Source: a virus
Virus record (IMG/VR): IMGVR_UViG_3300026512_000003
Span: 64,001 to 128,000 of that record
DNA length: 64,000 nucleotides
Reading direction: 5' to 3' (one strand)
The notes under the pieces are model-generated. The model was not told the origin of the DNA. It saw only the letters and a list, made by a program, of their open reading frames with translations, and made no database searches. Numbering within the stretch: the first letter of the stretch is position 1; the number at the start of each line of letters is the position of its first letter. Positions 19,701 to 28,020 of this stretch are shown in pieces. The translations under genes were made by a program, and so were the position numbers.

Positions 19701-21491
19701 TTAGTCTTCCAAATTCTCTAATCTATCATAAATGTCATCAAAGTTGTTTTTCTGACTATTTGTTAGTGCTACTATTTTATCTCTAACGACCTCTTGACCT
19801 TCTATGAGAGCCTCTACACTATCCATAATATCAGTAATTAATGCTGATGCTTTTGTTTGCATCACAGAAACATCATTATCTCTATATATAACTTCTAAAG
19901 GAACAAGTAACGGATCTGTTTCATCAGTAATTTCTACAAAATCAATTTCAAAAGCAGAACAGTTTCTAATATATAATGCAATACGACAGTCACTGTAAGC
20001 TGCTTCGGATAAGTTCATATGTGATCCTTGCATTTTTTCAGAATAACCACCAAATAATTTTCTACAAGAAGTAACTTTACCTATTGGACTAAAACTAACA
20101 GTCATCTCATATTTTTCCTCTCCATTTGTAATAAGAGAACCTTCTAATGGAATATGTCCACTAGTCATCCCTGTTCCTTTTATGTCGTATATGAAATCTT
20201 GCCCACTTTTGTCTTTTGAAAGGATTGTTCCTTTCATTACTTCGGGAATCGCTTCAAAAAGTGTATCATGATTATTACTGCCTACAATAATTGGCCAAGA
20301 ATGATCAGAAATATCACTAAATGTTTGCATTGACTCAGGAAGTGATCCTTTTTGGATACCAAACATTATATTGAATCCACCTCTCTCTTGAAGCATTGGG
20401 TAGTTTTCAAAAGCATCATTCCAACTGTTTGCTGTTTTTTTACTACCAGATGTACCTGTCAACACATCATTAACACTACTAGGAACATTACCTATTTCAA
20501 CAAAACTAAGATTGTTTACAATCCCGATAGACCAACCATTTCCAGCTACCACATCTAAGAAAAAATTTCCATTCTCCCCAGTAATAGTATTAGTTCCATC
20601 CACATCTTTGCCCCAGGTAATAATCTCACCATTCTCTGTGATAGCACTTATTATTTGTTCTCCACAAGATACTTTTTTCGCAGTAATATTAGGCTTGTCA
20701 TCAACTTGCCCAAACTCATTATCTCCAAAAATATCAAAAGTACCATCTGTATGTAGAAGTGCAAGATTGTTGCCTTGCCCTGTAATTTGCACTGCTTTAT
20801 TGTCATCCCCTATATCTAAACCAATCACTGATACATTTCCTGAGTTAAAAATAGCTGCATAGAAATCTTCACCTGCACAAATATCAACTATCATATTCTC
20901 ATCTACCGTAGTCCATTCTGTTGGGAGAGCCAAATCTCCATCTCTATCGGAACCATAAAAAGTAACTGTGCCATTTTGTCTGAGTGCAATAGTAAAACCT
21001 GCGCCAGTTGCAATTTGAGAAATAGTTTCTAAGTCTTCAAGGTCTAGCTCAGCATTATCATTTGAACCTTGAAATCCAAATAGAGAACCTGATTTCACAA
21101 TAGTGTGAGTAGAAGAAGTGTCTACCCCATAAAAAGTTCTTCTTTGATATGAGTCTACATTCTCTCGGCGATCTTCTTTTTGACACCCATCAGACAAATC
21201 ATTTCCTGACCAGAGGTTATCACTATTGGGAGCCTTAGTAAGGAAAGCAAAATTGTCTCCAAATGAACTTCCAAAAGTACCAGAACGAACAAAAGGAGAA
21301 AAAGGCTGTGCTTTAAACACAATTCTTAATGTTTTGTTTGCTGCTGATAAGTCGAAAGATTCTCGAGAAACAATACCAATCAAATAATCATCTGTTTCTT
21401 CTCTTTCTATGAATAAAGAGCCATCTGTTCTTGCTTGCACTGCATTGCTATTTGAAACAAAGTCAGAACTAGTTAATACGGTAGTCGCCAT
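19701..21491 (-). CDS. RCC1/BLIP-II repeat beta-propeller protein with C-terminal coiled coil (putative fibre/receptor-binding)
   Basis: Repeats QIATGAGFTIALRQNGTVTFYG, DICAGEDFYAAIFNSGNV, KVSCGEQIISAITENGEIITWG. Confidence 0.75.
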   Translation of the reverse strand: MATTVLTSSDFVSNSNAVQARTDGSLFIEREETDDYLIGIVSRESFDLSAANKTLRIVFKAQPFSPFVRSGTFGSSFGDNFAFLTKAPNSDNLWSGNDLSDGCQKEDRRENVDSYQRRTFYGVDTSSTHTIVKSGSLFGFQGSNDNAELDLEDLETISQIATGAGFTIALRQNGTVTFYGSDRDGDLALPTEWTTVDENMIVDICAGEDFYAAIFNSGNVSVIGLDIGDDNKAVQITGQGNNLALLHTDGTFDIFGDNEFGQVDDKPNITAKKVSCGEQIISAITENGEIITWGKDVDGTNTITGENGNFFLDVVAGNGWSIGIVNNLSFVEIGNVPSSVNDVLTGTSGSKKTANSWNDAFENYPMLQERGGFNIMFGIQKGSLPESMQTFSDISDHSWPIIVGSNNHDTLFEAIPEVMKGTILSKDKSGQDFIYDIKGTGMTSGHIPLEGSLITNGEEKYEMTVSFSPIGKVTSCRKLFGGYSEKMQGSHMNLSEAAYSDCRIALYIRNCSAFEIDFVEITDETDPLLVPLEVIYRDNDVSVMQTKASALITDIMDSVEALIEGQEVVRDKIVALTNSQKNNFDDIYDRLENLED

Positions 21492-21493
21492 AA

Positions 21494-21862
21494 TTATGCT
21501 CCTATCTCATGTCTAAAACGATTATCTAGTTGCTCAAAAATAGCATCTCCTAAAGTAGTTGCAATTGTAGATATGTAAGCTAAATCAGAATTACCAGCTT
21601 CTTCAGCAATCTTAATGATGTCTTCAGGTGTAGTAGCCTGTTCCATTTGAGAAGCAACTTTTTCTAGAGTTTCGCTTAAATCAAGTGGCGCACCTATCTC
21701 TTGTTCTATTTGAGTCGCAACATCTAGTGTTTCCTCAGCTTCTTTTACTAAAGCAGTTCCTTGTGCAAGTGAGCTTAAGCTAAGATCTTTAGCACTCGCT
21801 GTTTTTTGTAACGACTGTTCTTCGCTTACTGATTGAATTAGATTACCTATATTTACTTCCAT
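21494..21862 (-). CDS. Small acidic KxA-motif protein (scaffold/core-like)
   Basis: LQKTA, LVKEA, LEKVA, IIKIA: 4 of 5 lysines. Confidence 0.6.
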   Translation of the reverse strand: MEVNIGNLIQSVSEEQSLQKTASAKDLSLSSLAQGTALVKEAEETLDVATQIEQEIGAPLDLSETLEKVASQMEQATTPEDIIKIAEEAGNSDLAYISTIATTLGDAIFEQLDNRFRHEIGA

Positions 21863-21875
21863 TTTGTATTCCTTT

Positions 21876-22406
21876 TTAGTTTGGTTTAGAGTAGATACCT
21901 TGAATAATTAGTGTTATTTTACCTAAAATCTGGCAAGAACTCAAGACAGATCCCTCACCTTCAAGTTTTTCTGTTTGACCCCAAAGTACAAGATCTGCTC
22001 CAGATATATTAGGATGTTCTGTCTTTAAGGCACCCATTGCGGATGTTAAAAGTGTCTCAACAACGATATTGCTTATTTTTTCTGTCTCTAAATAAGAGTT
22101 CCCTACACAAGTGAATTGAATAGGGTAGTCTATAACATGCATAGTGTTGTAAATATTTGAATTTGTATTGACATCGAATATTTTTTGTTCATTCATCATA
22201 AGAGATTTTGGTACATGAGACAATTGTCCTCTTTCTATAATAACAAGAGGTGCCCTCTGTGGATTTTTTTTAAACGAATCTCTCACCACTATTTCTGTAT
22301 CCGTATTTCCAAGATTAGCAAACTCTTCAGACAAAAACTTTTTATAAATAGAAAGCATATCTCTGAATAGTAAAAGCCTATCTCCAGTATCTCCTCTAAC
22401 AAACAC
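21876..22406 (-). CDS. Putative tail completion/neck protein
   Basis: PLVIIERG...YPIQFTCVGNSYLETEKISNIV pattern resembles tail-terminator folds. Confidence 0.35.
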   Translation of the reverse strand: MFVRGDTGDRLLLFRDMLSIYKKFLSEEFANLGNTDTEIVVRDSFKKNPQRAPLVIIERGQLSHVPKSLMMNEQKIFDVNTNSNIYNTMHVIDYPIQFTCVGNSYLETEKISNIVVETLLTSAMGALKTEHPNISGADLVLWGQTEKLEGEGSVLSSCQILGKITLIIQGIYSKPN

Positions 22407-22409
22407 AAC

Positions 22410-22865
22410 TTACTCTTTTATATGATACTTATCAGACAAAGCTTTTTTGTATGCTTTTGCCCTATCTGTATCTTTGCCTACAAGGTTTTCTCTTGCTCCT
22501 TGCTGTTTATTATATTCACTTCGCTGTTTTTTTAAAGATAACACTCCTGAAGCAAGAGCTCCAAGACCTCCAATAATCCCTTTTTTTCTTGTTGCAGAAA
22601 AAATTTTTCCAGAGTCTTTGTTAATTAAAGTATTACCCATTAGGTAAGCAAGCGATCCACCTGTAGCAATATCTTTTGTCGTCTCTTCTGAAGAAGAGGG
22701 AGCTGAACGCTTACCTTTTACATCTGCTAATAATTCGAGTTGTGCAAGTCTCTTATTTTCTAAAGAACCCTGGTCATCTGCTATTTTGTCCCCAGTTACA
22801 GGATCAAAATTTTCAAAAGCAAGTAGTCCTATTTTTTTATTTTTATTTTTCTTATATTTCTGCAT
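22410..22865 (-). CDS. Basic glycine-zipper protein (putative ejection protein)
   Basis: IATGGSLAYLMG and GIIGGLGALASGVL segments; one GDKIA site. Confidence 0.5.
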   Translation of the reverse strand: MQKYKKNKNKKIGLLAFENFDPVTGDKIADDQGSLENKRLAQLELLADVKGKRSAPSSSEETTKDIATGGSLAYLMGNTLINKDSGKIFSATRKKGIIGGLGALASGVLSLKKQRSEYNKQQGARENLVGKDTDRAKAYKKALSDKYHIKE

Positions 22866-22866
22866 C

Positions 22867-23472
22867 TTATATTTCCCTAATCGAAGTGTCGTATGACTTT
22901 TGTGCTGAACCTAGCAAGCCATAAGTATTTTGAAAAGCGTTATTGCTTCTCCCTCCTCTTTGTTGAATCTCTGCAAGGTTTTTGCTAGTTGCTATATCAA
23001 CTCCACCAACAGCATGTGCTGTTGTCAAAAAAGTTGTAGCAAGTTCAGGATCTTTAGCTGCTCTAGGAGCGATAGTGTGAGCACTGTTCAGCCAATTTCT
23101 TAGTTTGCTATCTTTTACAGTTCTCAATGAAGGATTTGTTTGCTTTGCATATGCAATTAAGCCTGGTACTTTTTTCCTAAATTTCATATCATTATATTCA
23201 TCTGTCAAAGCTTCTGCACCAAGCCCAACTCCTGTTAGGGCTACAGCCATTGGTACAGCTTCAGCTAAAGCTGTTCCAATATGACCAAAACTAAAAGAAG
23301 CTTCTTTTTGTATTTCGTCTGAAATTGTAGGACTGTCTTTAAGCATTTTCAGCAAAGTATTCGCTTGTGCAATTTTTACAAAAGTTGTTTCAGAATCTTC
23401 TGAGAATCCATTTTTTTCAACTTCTTCCGCTAATTTTATTAATATCTTTTCCATATTATTAATGTCCTTCAT
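22867..23472 (-). CDS. KxA-motif precursor with hydrophobic helix after last KEA
   Basis: LIKLA, FVKIA, IQKEA then SFSFGHIGTALAEAVPMAVALTGVGLGA. Confidence 0.6.
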   Translation of the reverse strand: MKDINNMEKILIKLAEEVEKNGFSEDSETTFVKIAQANTLLKMLKDSPTISDEIQKEASFSFGHIGTALAEAVPMAVALTGVGLGAEALTDEYNDMKFRKKVPGLIAYAKQTNPSLRTVKDSKLRNWLNSAHTIAPRAAKDPELATTFLTTAHAVGGVDIATSKNLAEIQQRGGRSNNAFQNTYGLLGSAQKSYDTSIREI

Positions 23473-23785
23473 CTGTACTTATTGTTTTTTCTGTTATCTC
23501 TAATAAACGGTTGTGTTCATTTATTAGTAATAATAGCTCTTTTATTCTTTCTTTTCTCTGAATACACTTAGCTGATATTTTTTCAAGATCGTTTTTTGAA
23601 ATCACAAATTTGTTAATATCCATCTTTTTTATTGTGATATTAATATCGGTAAGTGCATCTGATTCCGATACATAAATTTTCTCTCCAACAGGAATTAATG
23701 ATTGCTGATGAACCACAGTACTACATCCAGCGAATAACAGACTAAAGAGAAAGAGTAATGCTTTGTTCTTTTTGCGCATGTTCAA
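23459..23785 (-). CDS. Outer-membrane spanin-like lipoprotein (o-spanin)
   Basis: Signal peptide with lipobox LFAG-C; overlaps 3' end of upstream TM/coiled-coil gene. Confidence 0.65.
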   Translation of the reverse strand: MNMRKKNKALLFLFSLLFAGCSTVVHQQSLIPVGEKIYVSESDALTDINITIKKMDINKFVISKNDLEKISAKCIQRKERIKELLLLINEHNRLLEITEKTISTDEGH

Positions 23786-24041
23786 TCTCCTGTATTGCTT
23801 TTTTAATTTCTTTACTCGACGAGATTTTATTTTGAAGTATTTTTTTTGCAGTTTCTCTATGTAATCCAGCTCTTTTTTCTTGAATGAGCATTTTCTTTGT
23901 AGAGGCTTTCACATTTTCTTTCAAAATATTATTTTCTTGAGACAAAGCGTCAATCTTTGACTGTTTAATGTTACTACTTATTTTAAAATAAGCGGTAACT
24001 ATACTTAAAACAGCCATAATGGCAATTGTTATATCAGACAT
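23742..24041 (-). CDS. Inner-membrane spanin-like protein (i-spanin)
   Basis: Single N-terminal TM helix plus coiled coil, between holin and lipoprotein. Confidence 0.6.
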   Translation of the reverse strand: MSDITIAIMAVLSIVTAYFKISSNIKQSKIDALSQENNILKENVKASTKKMLIQEKRAGLHRETAKKILQNKISSSKEIKKAIQEIEHAQKEQSITLSL

Positions 24042-24285
24042 CTTCAGTTACTTTTTCTTGAAGAGATGTTGTAGTTACTGTTCGCAAATAAGCACCTATT
24101 CCTGCGATAAGTATCATAAATACACCAAAACTTCCTTGAGAACCAAATAAAGATTCTATTTTTCCTGAATACAATTGAATTGCTCCTACTAATGCAAGTC
24201 CAATATTAAACAACATTGTTTTACTTTTCACAACTATCTTTGTAGTCTTTACTAATTTTTTCTTTGCTTTATTAAAAAAGTTCAT
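24034..24285 (-). CDS. Putative holin
   Basis: 83 aa, basic N-terminus, two TM helices, KSKT..FN and LRTVTT motifs. Confidence 0.6.
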   Translation of the reverse strand: MNFFNKAKKKLVKTTKIVVKSKTMLFNIGLALVGAIQLYSGKIESLFGSQGSFGVFMILIAGIGAYLRTVTTTSLQEKVTEDV

Positions 24286-24303
24286 AGAATTATCCTTTAT
24301 TTG

Positions 24304-26046
24304 CTATAGTCTTCCAAGTAGAAGCTGGGCTCTATCGGAATGAATGTTTGATAAATTTTCATTATCACCTGAAGTTACATTTTGAGAGAGACCTTTTTTG
24401 ATTCCTCTGTAATTAATTTGTTGCCATATACTTTTCCCATTCATAGGGCGTTGTTCGTATGTTTTAAAAATTGTTTCATAATTCGGCTTGGAATGAGAGA
24501 CAGAGATTTCTTTTACACCGGCTTTTCTCAAATTAGAAATAGTGTCTTTTGTGATTTTATGGCCAATACTGTAATGTAGTTTTGGTTCAGCAAGAAACTT
24601 TTTAACTATTTGTCTGTCTCCCACTTTCATATTTACAATATTACTTCCTTTTAAATCACCAATGGATTCATCATAAGTCATCAAAGAATGCTCTCCATTA
24701 AGACCTTTTGGCTTAATAAGGTTTAGATACCCTCTACTAATAACTTCTAAATTTCTCTTATCTATTACGCCTCCGGTAGACTTTTGTAAAGCATTTGATA
24801 AGTAATGACGAGCTTCTACTACCCCTCTGTGTAAAAGGATATCTTTAGTGGAAGCTATTCCGTTTGTTAGGATATCTCCCTCTTCCACTGTATGTCCAAC
24901 TGAAACCTTTGGAGAAATTCCTGGAATTACATAATGATCTTTCCCAGCAATCGTCATGTTATATCCACCCGTAGGGAGCTTGGAGATTTTCGTTACAGTT
25001 CCTTGAGTGGTAGCTACAGTTGCTTTTCCTTTAAATTTCTCGGTAGAATTTAATAGAATTTTAGTTGCTTCAAAACCACTTGGAATATGGGAAGATTCTT
25101 TTCCTGCAACATTATGTTTAGCACTTAATACTAACTGTGTTGCTTTTTCAGCTAATGACTGAGAAGATTCTATTCCTATATTATGCCCAGTGTTATGAAA
25201 TTGCCCTGTTGAATTTTTTCCAAAACATAAAGCACAAACCCCATGTTTCGCTCGGCATGTTTCAACTGTTCTGGCAACGACATTCTTAACTCCCTTTGAT
25301 TTAAGAGATTTCAAATATTGTTCATCTAAGACTTTGTTTGTCTTAGCTTCAACTCTTCCTATTAAGTCACGATCATTTATAGAAAACAATTTTCCATTAG
25401 TTGTCCCACAATCATGCATAACAACTTTTAAATCTTCAGTGTTAGCAATTAGTACTTTTCCCATTGCCCCTGGTTCTGAAGTTGAAACAGCTGCTTGTAC
25501 TGCAGCATATCTAGCTTGTCCCCCTGAAGCATATTGTTCATGGGCACTTAGTCCATTTGATAAACTATTTTTTATCAAAAAAGGATATGGTTCGGAATTC
25601 ATATCAACAGCAAAACCTACAGCTCCTGTAACCCTTGTTGCAGTAGAAGGATTTCCTCTAGCTTTAGATAAAGCTTGAATTACAATACCATTGTTTTTGT
25701 TTTTAAGTGTCATACCTTGCAACTTGTTAAATGTTGAAATTAGATGTCTCTTTGCTTCCTTCTCTGGAAGTCTCGATATAATCTTGTCTTGCACATCTAA
25801 AAAGTTTTTGATTTCCTTGTGATTGCTTAGGTGCAAATCATTAATACCCATGTTGTGACCACTCAGATAAGCTAACTCTTCCCCAAGATCTCCAATTTTG
25901 TGTATGTTCTCAGAATATTGCAAAGGATATTTTTTTGCAAACGATTGAAGTCTTGCATTCACTTTTGGCTTGGTTAAAGGAGCATCACTGTTTTTAAAAT
26001 GAAGCTCCGTAGGTAGATATTTGTTTATCTCTCGAATGGAAGTCAT
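24304..26046 (-). CDS. RNA polymerase beta' subunit, C-terminal half (RpoC2-like split subunit)
   Basis: SKARG funnel, bridge-helix equivalent, DCGT, Zn site C..VCALC, trigger loop GIESSQSLAEKATQLVLSAKH, DKRNLEVI; no NADFDGD. Confidence 0.9.
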   Translation of the reverse strand: MTSIREINKYLPTELHFKNSDAPLTKPKVNARLQSFAKKYPLQYSENIHKIGDLGEELAYLSGHNMGINDLHLSNHKEIKNFLDVQDKIISRLPEKEAKRHLISTFNKLQGMTLKNKNNGIVIQALSKARGNPSTATRVTGAVGFAVDMNSEPYPFLIKNSLSNGLSAHEQYASGGQARYAAVQAAVSTSEPGAMGKVLIANTEDLKVVMHDCGTTNGKLFSINDRDLIGRVEAKTNKVLDEQYLKSLKSKGVKNVVARTVETCRAKHGVCALCFGKNSTGQFHNTGHNIGIESSQSLAEKATQLVLSAKHNVAGKESSHIPSGFEATKILLNSTEKFKGKATVATTQGTVTKISKLPTGGYNMTIAGKDHYVIPGISPKVSVGHTVEEGDILTNGIASTKDILLHRGVVEARHYLSNALQKSTGGVIDKRNLEVISRGYLNLIKPKGLNGEHSLMTYDESIGDLKGSNIVNMKVGDRQIVKKFLAEPKLHYSIGHKITKDTISNLRKAGVKEISVSHSKPNYETIFKTYEQRPMNGKSIWQQINYRGIKKGLSQNVTSGDNENLSNIHSDRAQLLLGRL

Positions 26047-26057
26047 AAGGCTATCTC

Positions 26058-26579
26058 TTAATCTCCGTCATCTTCAGACAGATTATCTATTTTGGCTTGA
26101 ATTGCTGCAACCAAATCAGTAAGACCCTGTTTTGTTGACATAATTATATCTCTAGGACTTTTCTCAATATGATTAAGAAGAATCTTCTGATCTGTAATAA
26201 GAGGCGAACTTGTATCAGTAGCAATTTGCTGTGCAAGTGCAGGTAACGCATAATCTTTAAAGAACACACTATTTGGATTGTATGATATATGCAATTTACT
26301 TGTCAAATCTGGTGAACAATTGAATACATATCCACCTTGAATATTTTTCTTTAAAGAAATTGTAACATCAGGTGCATCAGTATTTGTTGTGATGAGATCT
26401 TCAATTGTTGTGATAGCAGTAGCTATTTCTGTAACTGAAGAAGATAATTGCTGAACAGTTCCACTTAAGCATTGCAAATAGCATAAGTTTAATTGAACAT
26501 CATAAATATTGTTCGGTTCCCAGAGAGTGTAGTTACATTTTTGTAACTCAGCCTGTATTTTTTCCGAAGTTGTTGCCAT
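26058..26579 (-). CDS. Hypothetical protein
   Basis: 173 aa, RBS CAGGAG, own promoter. Confidence 0.55.
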   Translation of the reverse strand: MATTSEKIQAELQKCNYTLWEPNNIYDVQLNLCYLQCLSGTVQQLSSSVTEIATAITTIEDLITTNTDAPDVTISLKKNIQGGYVFNCSPDLTSKLHISYNPNSVFFKDYALPALAQQIATDTSSPLITDQKILLNHIEKSPRDIIMSTKQGLTDLVAAIQAKIDNLSEDDGD

Positions 26580-26620
26580 AATAGGTCTCCTGTTTTTTAA
26601 ATATCGAAATTTACTTTGCT

Positions 26621-26636
26621 ATTATATCAAAAAAAC
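26621..26636 (-). promoter_or_regulatory. Extended -10 promoter with upstream T-tract
   Basis: TTTTTTTGATATAAT upstream of the 173-aa gene and RNAP gene. Confidence 0.55.
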
Positions 26637-26644
26637 TACATTTT

Positions 26645-28015
26645 CTAAAGAGTTACAGCCGATGAGCCAAGCCTATCTACCTTAATTCCTCTACCTCCAC
26701 CTGCAATAAGAGTAGAATCTGCAGCATTTAATTCAATTTTACTACCTGCAAAGATAGAAAAGTCTTCTGTAACGGAAATTGACAGACTACCATCCCAAAT
26801 TATATTAGAAATAGGAACTCTATCACCACAAAATCCTGTAGCAGTCTTGCTTATGTTTATATTAGGAATAATAACATTATTAAAACTTAATTCGGAAACC
26901 TCTGAGTAAAGTGCTGATTTATTTGAAGAAGTCCATTGCCTAGAACATAGAGTTCCAAGAGTAGAGGCATATACCCTTTTATTTGCTGAATATTCAGTAA
27001 CATTACCATTTTGTGTTCTTATAGATAAAAAAGAAATCTTGTATACTTGACCACCTATTTTTATCTCAGGTTTTTTTATTTGTCCGATTGTTTCACTTTG
27101 GCAATCTGGAACACGAACAAAGGAAAGAGGTTCTGAATCTCCAGAAGTCGATAAGTCGAAGCTAATGGATTCTATAGATTTATCTCTGTATGCAGATTGT
27201 GTATAGGAAAAAAGTTCTGTAACATCTCCCACAGAACTAAAAATATCAGAAAAAGCACTCATGCTTCCTGAAAATTCAATCTTTTTTATTTGCAATGTCA
27301 ATAGGATTTCAGATAATTGTAATCCAAAAAATTTTAAAAAAGGCTGATAAGAACTGTTTGCTATTGTTTCTAAAAAGGCTTGAGTGTATGTTTTATTAGG
27401 TACATAATTATTGTTCTGAGTTCTCATATTGGATTCGGGCATCATAAGATCATAAATAGACTGTTTTATTTCATCTAAATCAACAGGAGAATCTACAGAA
27501 AAGTTTGCAATTTCCAATCTTATAGTAATGTCATCAGGAAGAGATGATACAAAGACATGCCTACCTTGTAATGATGCAAAATGAATAGAAAATTGTTCGC
27601 TTACTCCATCATCTCGTAATATAAATTTTGAAGTAGGTGAAACAACTAATCCCACTTCTCTATCTGAGATATATACAATTTCACCTGTCTCACCCTTAAT
27701 ACTATTAGTAATAGGAGGTAGGTCTGCATAACTAGAACCCATAATCTCTCCAACTGTACCTGAAGACATATCAGTAGAAGGAGTGTCGAAATAAAAGTTC
27801 ACGAATTTACTATCGTTTATCTCTCGATAAACAGGTTTTGCTTTGCGTATTTTAAGAACTCCATTCTCTGAAATAAGTTCCACACCCTCATGTAAAGAAA
27901 ATTTATCTTGGATATTATCCATCTTTACAATATTAGTTATCCCTTCCCCAGTAGTAACTGTTATTTCCCTAGATTCATTTGAAACAGCAGTAATATATCC
28001 CTTAGTTATTTTCAT
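26645..28015 (-). CDS. Putative baseplate central spike (gpV/gp5-like)
   Basis: N-terminal OB-fold-like KGYITAVSNESREITV; C-terminal beta-helix-like SLSISVTEDFSIFAGSKIELNA. Confidence 0.4.
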   Translation of the reverse strand: MKITKGYITAVSNESREITVTTGEGITNIVKMDNIQDKFSLHEGVELISENGVLKIRKAKPVYREINDSKFVNFYFDTPSTDMSSGTVGEIMGSSYADLPPITNSIKGETGEIVYISDREVGLVVSPTSKFILRDDGVSEQFSIHFASLQGRHVFVSSLPDDITIRLEIANFSVDSPVDLDEIKQSIYDLMMPESNMRTQNNNYVPNKTYTQAFLETIANSSYQPFLKFFGLQLSEILLTLQIKKIEFSGSMSAFSDIFSSVGDVTELFSYTQSAYRDKSIESISFDLSTSGDSEPLSFVRVPDCQSETIGQIKKPEIKIGGQVYKISFLSIRTQNGNVTEYSANKRVYASTLGTLCSRQWTSSNKSALYSEVSELSFNNVIIPNINISKTATGFCGDRVPISNIIWDGSLSISVTEDFSIFAGSKIELNAADSTLIAGGGRGIKVDRLGSSAVTL

Positions 28016-28020
28016 GATAT

